A stretch of DNA of 64,000 nucleotides from Octopus vulgaris (taxonomy: Eukaryota), in the NCBI GenBank assembly GCA_951406725.2, contig OX597821.1, forward strand, positions 39,184,001 to 39,248,000, in the 5' to 3' direction. The notes under the pieces were generated by a model that worked only from the letters and a program-made list of their open reading frames with translations, searched no databases and was not told the DNA's origin. Position 1 is the stretch's first letter; every line of letters begins with the position of its first letter. Of this stretch, positions 37,887 through 51,270 are shown piece after piece. The translations under genes and the position numbers were made by a program.

Positions 37887-39834
37887 GTATGTATATGTTG
37901 CCTCAGGTTAGCTCTGTTCTACCCTAATCATAACCCTAACTCTAACCCAAATGTTTTACAGTCATGACCATTCCATCTATTATCTCTCAGGTATAGTGTA
38001 CCTACAATATCCAATATATTCTTTAAAACAAAATAATGATGGTAACATGAAGGCGACTTTCCTTTTAAATCATGCGGGAGGGTTATGTTAGGATGGCAGG
38101 ATGGCCATGACTGGAACGCTCTTCAAAAGAACTGAGTGATGACAGTTGGAATATTAAAATAAAAAGAAAGATGGAATGGCCGTGGATGGAAGTGTTTACT
38201 ATGAAGAGTTAAAGATAAACATATGATGTTTTTGATCTCTGTATTTCCATGATTGATCTCGATTGAGTTTTGAATAAAGGACCAATAAAAGCATGGCTGT
38301 GTGTATAAGGACAAAGTGAAATGAAAAGAGAACAATAAGACAATGCAAAGTGTTTGCTGTGTGGGGTAACAGTGAGAAAATACCAAAATGCCCATCTGTG
38401 GAACCAGAAAAGACTTGAGAAGTCTCCTCATTTGTCAACATAAAACTGAATTGTCAGTTGAATTCATGAAACAAGTTGCTTATGTAACATGGCTTCTTGT
38501 TTCAGCAACTTGTTTCATGTAATTAAAAGTTTAATGAACTTTTAGGTTACTAAAATTAAATTGAAGACTGTATTTTCATGCAATAATATCCAGACATTCA
38601 GATCCTTGGCATTCCACATAAATATGTTCTTATGATTCTCTTGTTTTCTTCAACAGCACAGAAAATTTGACCCTGGATACAACAAACAGACTTAGCATTT
38701 GTCAGTTCTACAATGTTTTGTTGTTTACAATCCACGTTACCAATGCATTGCAAACAAGAAGAATTGGCCATTTGGATGGGAATCAGTATGTTCCTTGATG
38801 TAATTGTCTGTTGTGGTGGTTTGAAATGCCATCAACTCACACAGCTCTAATTCTCTATATTCAGGTAAGCTTTAATAGTTACAGAAAATCAAATTGCTTG
38901 TTATAGATTTCATTCTAAAAGGAGTTTCTATTCAATGATCTTAGAAAATATTTAATGAATATAATTACAGAGTCTTAAAATATTCATTATATGCATAAAG
39001 ACTTGAATGGTATTATGCGTAGCCAGTTAAAGGCAGATGTTAGTCAAAGCCAAAGTTTAAAATACAATATAAGAAACCGTGAAATAAAATACTTCAATTA
39101 ATTGATCTAAAAGAATTTAGATTAACTCACAGAATAATAAATGCCATGTGAGTTTAAGAAGATTGCAATCATCACACAAGTATTTCTTAGAATTCCTTTG
39201 TCCTATTTACTATCACTAAGTTAAGGAAGCAAGCACTAACTGCAACACAGAAGTCTGAACAGGAATTGGTAAGAAATACTTAAAGTAAAAAACATATTAG
39301 GAAAATTTAACTATGTTCTACAAGGATTCCTTCAGAAGTTTGTCCCTTTAAAAGATTCTAATTTTATAGTGTACTTTTGGATGAATATTTGGTGGTAAAT
39401 TTCCTTTAAAGGGACCATAATTTTCTAGTAAATTCTGATGAAAATACTTCTTTCAAATTCTTAACTAATAAAATTCGGGAATAAAAACAAAATAAAAATG
39501 GTAATCACTGCTTTTGATAATTCCCTCATAACTCGAATATTTCCCTAAACAATGATAAGGAGATGAGCTGATTAAAACGTCTAATCCCAAAGGAAAACTA
39601 AGGAAAAGTTGAAATTTTATAAGTAAAATTCCTTGAATAATTCTGAAACTGAAATTGAATCTTAACCGAATTAGATAAAAATGAATTTTATGTGATACGA
39701 GTTGATCCTTGAGGAAGAATCAGGCATGAATCATCATGAAGTGAATTAGTGTTAACGCATTTAATGTACAGAGCACTGAGAAAATAAGTAGAAAAAAAAA
39801 TGCTATTATTGGTTCTTTCATTAGTAAATAGCCT

Positions 39835-40022
39835 TATGGCAGAGGATTGGCAAAACTGAATGAGAGACAAAATGCCTTGTGGTTGTATTTAGTTACAACT
39901 CTTTAGATTCTGAGTTCAAATCTGTGAAGGTTGACTTGACCTTATCTCTTCCCAGCATTGATCAATTTAATCAACGTACACCTCCCATCAAATTTCTGGC
40001 CTTGTGCCTATGTTAGAAATTA
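39835..40022 (+). mobile_element. SINE family A, degenerate copy
   Basis: TTCTGAGTTCAAATC..GGTTGACTT..GGCCTTGTGCC. Confidence 0.6.
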
Positions 40023-42446
40023 TCACTAAGTAGCCTGGGCCATGTTTATTTAACAGCAGAAATATACTTTGAGCCATCTGTGGTAGTTTAGATAAATCCT
40101 ATCTGCTTGTTGCAGATTATTTACTTTCCCAACTTTTAAAGAATTAATGCACAACTATAGCCCACAAAGCTATTTGTGAATTAAGCATTTATATTTGGTT
40201 TTGAATGTTTCTGGCGTTATTCTATTGTTTATGGCAAAATTTTCAATGAAAGGCAATTTGGGCAAAGTTGTGTATGCGAGTGAAATGGGATGTAAGTGAA
40301 AACTGAAGTAGGAGCAGACTAGAAATCAAATTTATTTCTATAGAATTATTGAAGACAAATATTTTATTATAGTTTTCAAGCTATGAAGATATTTTAGATA
40401 AAAAAGAAATCTTCTGCATATATAAATGTATTTAAGGTTGAGGTTTACAATGGTCACTATCAAATGAATAGAACGAAAAAACATAAATAAAATCTTTTTA
40501 TTTATGACAATCGCTCAAATGTATTGACTTTTCCCTATTGTTGTCCTTTGCATTCTCACTTTCTCACTGTCTTTCATCACTTGTATATTTGTATGCAATC
40601 TCTCTTGTAAAGGGACATGACTAGAGTGGCTTTTGTCGTGCAGCAAAGATTGAAAGTGCATGGTTAGGATGAAGGCTATTGATTTATATTTAAAATGCTG
40701 CCAAGAGAGAGTTATGTGAAATTTATGTGATAGTAAACTCATCTTTTGTAGTGGCATCAAGATAGTGGGAATGAAGCTCTTCTGCAGAAATCACCCACTT
40801 TATCAGCACAAACATCGAGTTTGTTGTTTTTGATCATGGCAAGGTGGTGAGGTAAGATTCTGAGATTTTCTGCAAGAATTTATAGGAAGATCAAAGAAAA
40901 TATCTGAATGTCTAAGAGACAGAAAAAGTGAATTAACAAAAACAGCAAACCCTCTTAAGTGCTATACCATGTAATATGCTTTAAAAGTGATACCTTGTTA
41001 ATATGCTTTAACAATGAATAGCTTCGATTATTGTATCTGCAAAAGATCAAATCTTAAAAAAAAAAAAAAAAAAAATGTTTCTTTGTTTTTGTTTTTTTTC
41101 CCCCCTTCCTTTACTTTGAGCAGATGAGTATAGCTATCATGTCAGTTTATTATATGTCCTAGATTTCAGGAGACACACATCAAATAATAATCAATTGTAT
41201 CACTGAGAACATGAAATAATGCCTGGGTGCCTCCCTAGTAATGAAAAAATACTGTTTTGTTACAACAGGAAAAAATCTACTTTTCTAATATTGAATTTAT
41301 TTTCTCATGTTTTGCTGATTATTTTGTTTTTATTTTTATGTACAGACCTACTTATTATTTTTTTTTTAAGTTTGCTGTTTCATTTGATAAAGAATCATGA
41401 TATTCAAAGCTTTGTCAACTATAGAATAATCTTCATTCTTGTGCTGTTTTCTGAATTTCTTTGTTAAATTTTATACGCAACAAATATACCACAAGACTTT
41501 TGTAATGTTAATCTTTCTTCACAAAGTAGTTGCTTTATTATTACGAAGCAATATTTTATTCATTCTTTGTTGTTGCATCACAGCAGATATATATTGTCAA
41601 CATAAGATAGATATTTCTAAATGTGCATGACGACAAAAATTCAGTTGGAAAAGTGATATTTACAAAATACCTGTTCCTTTTTAGAGGATCTTCTGTGAGC
41701 TATCTTACCTGGATTTTAGTAGTTTTACAGCCTCCAATTATTTCATTAGTACTATAGTGTTTGTTAACTTCAATGTTCTATTTCTTCATATATATCTATC
41801 CATTCTCTTTGTTGGAGCTGCAATAAAATTCAAAGCATGTTACTCTGCAATCAATTACTATGTTGATGGAAAAAATGGTTTAAGTAGAAGTGCCAAGATG
41901 AGATTAAAAGAACACAAAGCACCAGAGCTATTTTGCTAATAATTCATTGATAAAATCATTTGGCAGGTTTACATCAATTATTTTATTTCCATGTTTGTAG
42001 GAATTACTGAAGCTTAGACAATTTTCTGCTTTATTGTAACGATTCCAATAACTCTGCATAATGCTCAGCTTCTCTGCTATAAACTAGGAGTCAGCTGTTT
42101 ATAGTAGAGGCACAAATGGGGTACAATTGAACACATTTTCAGTAGCTTGAGTACTGAGTTCAAATCTTTTAACTTGCAGTACTCAGCTCAAATGTTTGCA
42201 TAAAGGAATCCCACAATAAACAACATTCCCAAACTGTAAAATTTGTCTTTCAGTTAATTCATACTAAAAACAAAAATGGGGGTAAATTCAAACTTGGTGG
42301 AAAATTGAATGGATTACCACAAAAATGCAGGGAATTTCACCAACTGCACATCTTTTCTTGCAATAGCTGTTAGTGAATACCAGCAGACATTCTTCCTTGT
42401 TCTCATCCCATGGTGACCTGCCTCAACCAATTATCTAATATCTATA

Positions 42447-42677
42447 GGCGGCAAGATGGCAGAAACGTTAGCATGCCATGCAAAATGCTTAGCGATATTT
42501 CATCTGCCATTACGTTCTGTGTTCAAATTCCACCGAGGTCGACTTTGCTTTCATCCTTTTGGGGTCGAGTAAATAAGTACCAGTTATGCACTGGGGTCGA
42601 TGTTATCAACTTAATCCCTTTCTCTGTCCTTGTTTGTCCCCTCTATGTTTAGCAACCTGTGGGCAATAAAGAAATAA
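42447..42677 (+). mobile_element. SINE family A with TSD
   Basis: Full family A body. Direct repeat AATATCTATAG at 42437-42447 and 42677-42687. Confidence 0.9.
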
Positions 42678-42769
42678 ATATCTATAGTGCAAACTTATAA
42701 CTGTTTTGGGAGAAAAGTAGCATATATCACAGCCATTATGAACATTCCTCAAATGGATTCTCTTGTTGT

Positions 42770-43578
42770 GAATGACAAATGAGGGTTCAGTAAAACAAAG
42801 CACTGATCATGTTCTATGGACATGAATGTGTTTCTTGAGACCTGCTGGTGCCTTGCAAACCATTTGGCAAATGGAACAAGTTGAGGACTCAAGTTTGCTC
42901 GAGTGCTTGTGGATCATTTACTATGTGTTTTCTTGAGGGGACGGCTAGGCCTGCTTTGCTTCATGCCACAAGACCACAATGACAGGTAAGGTTTCCATTT
43001 AAGGGAGCAGTATTTTGCCAGTATGCCTTCATGCTTGCATGGAGTTGGTCCCAGTGTTGGAGTCGACTTTGCTCAAATCTTTGAAATGAGGAGAAACAGG
43101 ACTGATGCCAGGTCCTTCGTTCTAATGCTTTGTTTGCCCAGGAAGAAAAGGGAATGTTGCGTCGTTTCAGATTGTCTGCTAATTTGTCTTTGAAGCTTAA
43201 GAGTGGCCCCTTCCAACTGACCTTCCTGTTGCAAATTAGCCAAAGTGCAAATTGGCTTCAGAATCCTCATATCACTCATGCAAGAGAGAGATCACCTGAG
43301 ACTATCTTAGATGTATTTTGATGGCTTCAGTACCTGATATGTTGCTTTGTTGGTGCCTCACTGTTACATTGGAGATAGTATGCAAGCATCGCATATGAAA
43401 AGTATCAAGCTGATTGATGTGCTTTCAGTACAAAATCCAAGATCCAACACCATAAAGCAATGTTATTAAGACCATTGACTTAAATACATTGATATTCACC
43501 TTCAACGAAATGTTGTGGTGGTTCCAAATTCTGTGATAAAGCTTACCAAAAGTGGAACTAGCTTTCCCAATTCTGGAC
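42770..43578 (-). mobile_element. RTE (BovB-like) LINE 3' fragment
   Basis: SRIGKASSTFGKLYHRIWNHHNISLKVNINVFKSMVLITLLYGVGSWILY*KHINQLDTFHMRCL ... PLLSFKDKLADNLKRRNI ... two C2H2-like remnants (CHCG...SKAGL; CSICQMVCKAPAGLKKHIHVH). Confidence 0.9.
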
Positions 43579-45694
43579 TATATATATCATCATCAGTATC
43601 ATCCACTAACATCTGTTTTCCATGCTGGCATGGGTTGGACTACATATACATGTGCATATGTATATTTTTACTTGTGTATTTTTACTTTTATATATATATT
43701 ATTTCATATCTTTTAATCGCATATCTTTTACTTATCTTTATACAATATTATTTATAATTCTTAGTCACACATTGTTCCTTTTTTATTTTTTATATGTATA
43801 TACATATGCATATTTTTACTTTTATATACATATTTATATTTATTATGTATCTTTTACTGTTTTATATTCATATATAATTCTTATTTACATTTGCAAATCA
43901 CATTTCGTACCATTTAAAAAAATTTTTTATTTAATGAGCGTTGGTCACCTGAATGATACTTGATCACTTTATAGAGTGTCTGAGTGTCGGTAAGGTGTCT
44001 GGAATGGGATAGCTTACCTCATTGGCAAGTACGAGCTCCTTAACCTTGGTTGGTAATCTACCTAGGAGATGGAAATCTCCGAAATAGAACCTGAGGCCAC
44101 AGAAGTTCCTGGTTTTGTCAATTTCCATGTCACACCAGCGAAAGTCTTCTTGGGCCAATAGGTGGGAGTAGTGCAATGCAAGCTATACCAAATGAAAATT
44201 ATTCATCTGCACAGGTATTTCCTGTACTCCAAATCTTGCTAAAATCATTGAATTAGTTGGTTGGCAGAAACCTAAAAATGCACTTGTATCTTACTCTAAA
44301 ATACACACGCACATAGTTTTATACTGATATTTACACATTCATATATACAGATAAAGGATTTTATAACATTGGTTCCAAGGAGGAGGGTTACAATTAGTGA
44401 TTAAACTTTACCCCAATCCATTACTGGTACTAATTTCACTTGAACAGTCTCCTGCCATGAGTTGATCAAATCTTGTGAGAAGTGCTCTACTATAATGAAG
44501 ACCCTTCCACCTCATTGACAATATGAAAATGAAAGACAATGGTTGATGATGATCATTATTCTTGAGGTAAGTGAAATTTGAGTTTGGTGGATAGCAACAT
44601 TCTTATGTTTATGACTTGTAAATCCTGCATCTCAAAAGTTTGGTCAGACTGACATATTCCATGTGTTTATAACTTCACGAACTTTCAGAGTATCTGCCTT
44701 TCCTCTGCCAAGCTAGAATTTCCTGATTAATTGCAGACATATCTTTTCTTGTCTACATATTCAGCGAAAGTTTTCAATAAGGTTATGTTTTCCTGTAATA
44801 GCAGCAGAAATTCCCAGTGGCTATTGAATGATATCCAAAATAAAGGCATTTCATTGGAACAATCTGCCAAGTTATTCCAATTGCTTAGCTTTGTAGTGTC
44901 TCAGTGTGCTGTATGTCTTTTAATTAATGTTGTCAATACACATCGTTTGGCTAGTGAACCATCCTAACTTGTAAAACACTCATCAAACTAACAAGAATTA
45001 AAATCAGCCTCGAATATATCATATTTCTTTTCTCTTTAATCATTGCTCTGTAATTATAGAAGAAAATGTAATAGACATTCCTCTAAATTAATAAAGAACT
45101 AGATAGCTTGTGGAACCAATAAATGTGTATAAACTTCTACTTGCAGTGGAAATTGTTGTCTGTAAGGTGTTTCTGTCACTTCATCAAGTGTCAAGCAGTT
45201 TTATTAATTTTATGTCTTCCTATATAAATGAAATCTCTAAGTAGGTGAGTTCAAATGAATAGTAATTGCTACACTGTAAACATTTATACTCACAATATAT
45301 ATTCCGATTATACATGACTAAATTTGATGTTTCCAAATGTATGGGAATAAGTATAAAATTATTACAGAATGCTATTTATGACAGCCTAGCATTCTGTTCC
45401 GTGGATGGTTAATATGTTGAAAATGAAGATCAAAAATTGACTTGGAAAAAGCTTCATGTAAATATTACTGATAGTCTATTAAGAATTCATTAACCATTTC
45501 CTAATATCTTTAAGAAAAACTACTGAACTCTTGTGGACTTCAATTAAAAGTATTTACTATTAATTAGTAAATGTAAAGCCTGTATTTAATGTAAATAAAG
45601 CTTGTATTGGGTTTGAGTAGATATATATATATATATATATAATATTAATTAGAGACAAAACCACTATTATTTGGATTTATTCCCTAATATTTAT

Positions 45695-45733
<39 letters not shown>

Positions 45734-45989
45734 TAATAGTAGGTATACATTATAGTACAGAGGTAAAGATTTATACATTATTGTAGATTTTCTAGCTTGA
45801 CCAAATCTGTGAGACAACAAAAATTCTTGCAATGATTACTCTGTCTTTTTCTTTCTCAGCATAATGTACCCTAAAATACATAAACTATAGTGTCCTTCTT
45901 TGGTAAGATGGTAGAAAGTCATTTGAGAGTGATTTGCTTGCTGTTTCTAACGAGTCAGTATACATTTATTATTTATGATCAAACCTTGA

Positions 45990-46180
45990 AATGGACAAAA
46001 TGTTTAGCGGCATTTCTTCCATCTTTATGTTCTGAGTTCAAATTCTACTGAGGTCAGCTTTACTTTTCATCCTTTCGGGGTTGATGAAATAAGTACCAGT
46101 TGCGTACTGAGGTCAATGGAATTGACTCATCCCCTTCCCACAAATTTCAGGCCTTTTTACCTATCGTAGAAAGAATTCTT
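45990..46180 (+). mobile_element. SINE family A
   Basis: GTTCTGAGTTCAAATTCTACTGAGGTCAGCTTTACTTTTCATCCTTTCGGGG. Confidence 0.8.
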
Positions 46181-46374
46181 TATGTTTAACCTTCTTCAGA
46201 TGTTTAATGTTGCTGCTGTTTCTATCCGTTAATGTGTGGCTGGTTAGACAGAGTCTATAAAAAACTCAATGAAAGGGCTGTTCAGATTATATACACCTCT
46301 AATAAGGTTGCTGTATAACTATTATTTAGTTAATAATTTGAATTTTATATTGACTTGGTCATACTTCATCCTTG

Positions 46375-46770
46375 CATCATCATTCGTTTCACAGCCATTT
46401 TTTCGTGCTTGCATTGGTCAGATAGAATTTGTGGAAGCAGATTTTCTTTTGCAGGCTTCCCTTCCTATTGCACAGCCTGATTTGTTTCCAAGTAAAATAA
46501 TATTTGGCCATGGCAGGACAAGTTTTCACTGAAAACTCAAAAGAACGACACTGCTTCTATAACAGTGACACTCATTTACAACAATAACATGATATCAAGA
46601 TGAGGAGGCACACACAAATACAAATACATAAACTGGGTGTCTTTCAGTTGTTTCTGTTAAGCAAATCTACACCCAAGGCTTTGGTTTGCCCGGGGCTTTA
46701 GTAGAAAACACCAGCCCAAGGTGCCAAGGACTGAACTCAAAACCATTTGGATGGGGGTGAAACTTATCAA
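46375..46770 (-). mobile_element. Old SINE with family-B-like head and family-C-like tail
   Basis: CCCAAGGCTTTGGTT..GTAGAAAACAC..CCCAAGGTGCC (B-like) joined to (CAT) ..GCTTCCCTTCCTATTGC (C-like). A similar decayed copy lies at ~9460-9645. Confidence 0.55.
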
Positions 46771-47064
46771 AGATAGAATCAGAAAAAGTGTAGCTTGACG
46801 CTAAGTCTAATTCCTGAAATAACTGTAATGGGTGGAAGTTCTTTGAAGTTTATTGCAGAGGATGAATACAGATAAAGATATTGCACCAAAGACAGAGAGA
46901 AGTTAGTGCTAACATATCTAATGCAGAATAGTCCAAGAATACTTAATTCCACTGTTTAACACCATTTTTGTCCTTGGGCAGCAACTATTATTTCCCAATT
47001 GCTTACTCTTAGAAAGTATATAAAAATGGCTAATATTTCCTTTAAACTTTGCTTTTGCTACATT

Positions 47065-47235
47065 TATTCAAACCCCAAAGAATCCCTCTCAGCACATGGC
47101 TATGATGCTCCCCCACTACTCCTGCTCATGATCAGAGATGCACATATTGTCAACCGCTAAGGGACATGCTCAAGTGGTTATGGTCAAGCAACTGACAAGC
47201 AAATATCTTGTATTGAGCAGAATTTTTGCTATATC
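47065..47235 (-). mobile_element. Family D partial copy
   Basis: TTATTCAAACCCCAAAGAATCCCTCTC..GATGCTCCCCCACTACT..GGGACATGCTC. Confidence 0.8.
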
Positions 47236-48378
47236 GATATTTCTACTTCAGTAACTCAGTGCTGAATCTGTCTGAAATGTAATGGAAAATAGGTCAGTTT
47301 CAAAACGTTGATGTCCAGGTGACAAAAGCAAAGTGTGAAGGGAATAGTAATTTCCTTTGATTTTTAAATAGAAGCAAATAAGAAATAACTCTTATTGGCC
47401 AAAGACAAAAAAAAAAAAAATTGTTATCCAAGAATCCTCTTGCAGGGAAGAGATCTAAAAATTAGTACAATGCTTAAATCAGACAAAGATAGTAAAAGAC
47501 AATAACTCCAAAATTTTAATTTATTACAATTAGAATTATTCCCATATTGAAGGGAAGAAAACATTTGCAGAAGGAATGGTAATGATTTAATCTGACATTT
47601 GGCAAATACAGTGACAACTCCAAACATCCTTCAGCCTTATTAAACCTCTTCAGTAAATCATAACCTTTTCCATATTTGTTTGAAACAGCTGTAAGCAGGT
47701 TATTAATTAATCGCATCCAACCTCAGTGCAAGTGGGAGAGGGGGTGATTTATTATGTTTTTTAGCTCAACAGGTTTGCTTACGTCTCTCGCACCATCAGT
47801 ATGGTAAACAAATAGCTAAGTGAACTTATTGTTTAACTGACTTAACAATGCAGATGTCATTCCTGCATAAATTCCTTCGCTGATTATTGTTATTATGGAG
47901 GAAAGATAATCTTCAAATGTCAAAGAAATCATTGCAATCCAAATTCTTTCCACAAGAAGCATGTATGATTGTTATTGTTGTTGTTGGTAAGCTCCCAGTC
48001 AGACACACCAAAGATAAAAAGCATACCAACTGCAATCATGTCTGTTCTTCCGTAGGCATTATGTACTCATGGCTACATAATCCTAAGCATCCTTCCATTT
48101 CTAAGATGTTATGATGTGATCTGAGGAAGATTTTGCTGCTATTTCTCCCAGGTTCAGCAATCCTGTGGCAGTTCTAGACAAGCATTAAGTGTTAAGTATC
48201 CATTTCAGTTAAAATTTAATAAACAGTATTGTTTAATTATTTCTATAACACTAATGAGTTGTTGTTGTTGCTGTTAGCTTGACTAAGCAAACCTGTAATT
48301 AAAAGCACTCCAACCATGACCTATATAGCTTTGCATATCAAGGACTAAATTACCCACTATGTCTTTCTCTTCCCATCA

Positions 48379-48614
48379 AGGCGTCGAGCTGACAGAATCG
48401 TTAGCACGCCGGGCAAAATGCTTAGCGGTATTTCGTCTGCCATTACGTTCTGAGGTCAAATTCCGCCGAGGTCGACTTTGCCTTTCATCCTTTCGGGGTC
48501 GATAAATTAAGTAACAGTTATGCACTGGTGTCGATGTAATCGACTTAATCCGTTTGTCTGTCCTTGTTTGTCCCCTCTGTGTTTAGCCCCTTGTGAGTAA
48601 TAAAAAAATAGGTA
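48379..48614 (+). mobile_element. SINE family A, best-preserved copy
   Basis: AGGCGTCGAGCTGACAGAATCGTTAGCACGCC (A box region) ... GAGGTCAAATTCC (B box) GCCGAGGTCGACTTTGCCTTTCATCCTTTCGGGGTCGATAAA. CpGs intact. Confidence 0.9.
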
Positions 48615-48860
48615 TGGTGTAATTTGAGGGAAATTTGGCTGCTATTTCTTTTAGGCTGAGCAATCCCATAGTCATTCCCTTATTAGCTCAGACTAATAAG
48701 AAGAGTTCTTAGGTTGATGTTTTCAGAAAATTTTGAATAATGACTTCTTATACTGGCACGATTCCCCAATTATATGGTAAGATTATTGTGAAATACAATT
48801 TAAGTCCCGTGTATTTCGGGACATATTGCAACAATACCAGAGAGACTTATTTTAAAAGAA

Positions 48861-49290
48861 TTAACTCTTTCCTTGCCATATTTCTGTTGAAGAATGCTGT
48901 CTTTATTTCAGTTAATTTTTAAAAGTAATAAAGAATTTACTAAAGTAACTTTGTCATTATTCATCTAGTTTGTAAAGCTGAGCGCTGGCAGAATTGTTGG
49001 CATGCCAGGAAAACTGCTTAGTGGCATTTTATCCACCTTTATGTTCTGAGTTCAAATTCCGCTGAGCTTGACTTGCCTTTCATCCTTTTAGGGTCGATGA
49101 AATAATCAAATTATCCCTCTCCCAAAATTGCTGGCCTTGTGGCAAAATTTGGAACCATTATTAAGCTGGTATTTCGAATATGAATTAGTAAGAAATTTTG
49201 ATGGAAGATTTTATGTAAATCACTTTAAAATGAGAAGCTTGTACCATAGAACTAGGGTGGTTTCAGGAGGGTTGGCACCAAAAGGGTTAA
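48861..49290. mobile_element. piggyBac-type MITE with a nested family A SINE (~48978-49160)
   Basis: TTAA-CTCTTT ... GGCACCAAAAGGG-TTAA termini, opposite orientation to 60858-61048, interrupted by a SINE body. Confidence 0.75.
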
Positions 49291-50067
49291 ACTCAGTATA
49301 TGGAAATACATTGATCCCAAAATCCATTTCTTTGAATAATATAATGACTTCTTAAGTGGGTGAAAATATATAATTTCATTTGGTAGTCAAATGTATTATC
49401 TTCATTAAAATACCAACATCTATTTATTGGCCTTTAATGGATATAATATAAAATTGTGGCAGAGCAGATTTAAGACTAGTATTGAGAGGGACAAAATAAA
49501 TGCAGGTAGTCTGTTAATCATCCTATACTCTTACATTTCTATCAATCATCTCCTGAAATAATAAAGGCTCCTGATTTAGGCAAAAGCCTAGCAATTTTGA
49601 GAGAAGGGAAGTAGTTGGTATCATTGTTCTCCACCCCAACCCATACCTGACTAGTACTTTTCAACCCTGTAAGGCTATAAAAGTAAAGCTCACCTTAATA
49701 AGATTTGAACCCGGAACGTAAAAAGAAAAAAACAAATACTGTATTTTTTCCTATGCTCTGACAATTGAAATGGCAGTGACTTAACAGCAGGGGTCAGAGA
49801 TGCACAATTCTACTCCAGGAACTCACTGACCCAATAAAGCTAGCAAATCATTCAACCAAGCATCTTACCATTTACTGGCCACTTAGTTGTAGTCATGAGA
49901 CATATCTTGTAATTGCAAGAATTCTCAATTAGAAGGAATTATCTATTGAGAATTCTCATGTTCAAAGTCATAGATGGCTGCATAAAAGGCATAAAGTTTT
50001 CATCCAATTAACCTCAGCTTTATGGTTTACTTACTTGCAATTCTTCTGCAACATATCTATCTATTTC

Positions 50068-50151
<84 letters not shown>

Positions 50152-50186
50152 TATTTATATATGTGCGTGAGTATATATTTATATTT

Positions 50187-50224
<38 letters not shown>

Positions 50225-50633
50225 CACATATACATTTTAGATTCAAGCAACAAATTATGGGTAAAATGTGAAGTAATTATAACTATTAAATATTATTTTT
50301 ATGTACTCTATAATAATTCTGTAGTTGGTCAGTCAACTATAATGGGTTTATAAAAGCTATGTCTAATGAGGTAGTTGAAAACATATAAGATCCCAATCTA
50401 AATTTAGTAGTTGTGCATGTGTGTATATATATACATACATAAAGATTAGTAATGTTTCTGAATGTGAAATATGAGTGTTATATGGGCAAGATTAGAACTG
50501 AAACTTTGCTCTCTTTACAAGCAAGATGCAGTAGAAACTCTTTTAGACTTGAAATGAATTTTATATACATTAATTATTCATAGTTGGAGTAGCTAAGAAA
50601 GGGAGAAGAAGGAAGCCTGTGAATGGTTTAGAT

Positions 50634-50918
50634 CAGTTCTACTCAAAGTGGTGGTCTGCGGATCGGTGCCGGTCCATGAGCCATCAGCTGCTGGTACGCA
50701 GTGAGTTTCCAGAAAAGAAAGAAACATAATAAAATGCTTGCGTAATATTGTATTATTTGTTTACAAAATGAATATAAGATGAAACTTTTATTACATTCAT
50801 TACATATGTTGTTTCTGGTATAAATTAATATTTCTAAGAAATATTACCGGTCCTTGGCACATTGGAGGAAAAAAAAAAAACTGCTGATACACCATATCGG
50901 ATAGTTTGAGAATCACTG
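50634..50918. mobile_element. hAT-superfamily MITE
   Basis: TIRs CAGTTCTACTCAAA / TTTGAGAATCACTG. Exact 8-bp TSD GTTTAGAT at 50626-50633 and 50919-50926. Confidence 0.9.
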
Positions 50919-50939
50919 GTTTAGATGACTTACTGAAAT

Positions 50940-51270
50940 GTAATCGGTTGGTTTTGTATTCTTGTATTGAAGATGGCTGTTGTGAAAGGAGCTGAGGATT
51001 GGTGTTGGATAAAGTGTGCAGTAAAAGTATATGGATGAAAACATAGCATACACCTCCTGTATGAAACACTTTTAGCAGAGGCAGACCAAGAAAAACATGA
51101 GAAGAAGCAGTGAGGTTAGATCTCAAGATACTGGGATTTATATTTGAATCAGAAAAGTGGCAATATTGCATTGCACATATGTCCTACTCATGTCCATATG
51201 TAAAATTGAGCCTAAGAAAATGATGGTGGTGGTGGTGATGGTGGTGGTAGAAATGATGGTAATAGTGATG
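50940..51270 (+). mobile_element. RTE LINE 3' end with (GAT/GGT)n tail
   Basis: SRGRPRKT*EEAVRLDLKILG matches RTE GRGRPRKTW...V..D. Confidence 0.6.

Noticed and set aside
37921-37950. Telomere-like CCCTAA repeats (also G-rich ~5711-5750)
   Set aside because: Only 3-4 degenerate units, not an interstitial telomere array.
49918-49957. Small hairpin AGAATTCTCAAT / ATTGAGAATTCT
   Set aside because: 12-bp AT-rich stem, too short to separate from background.
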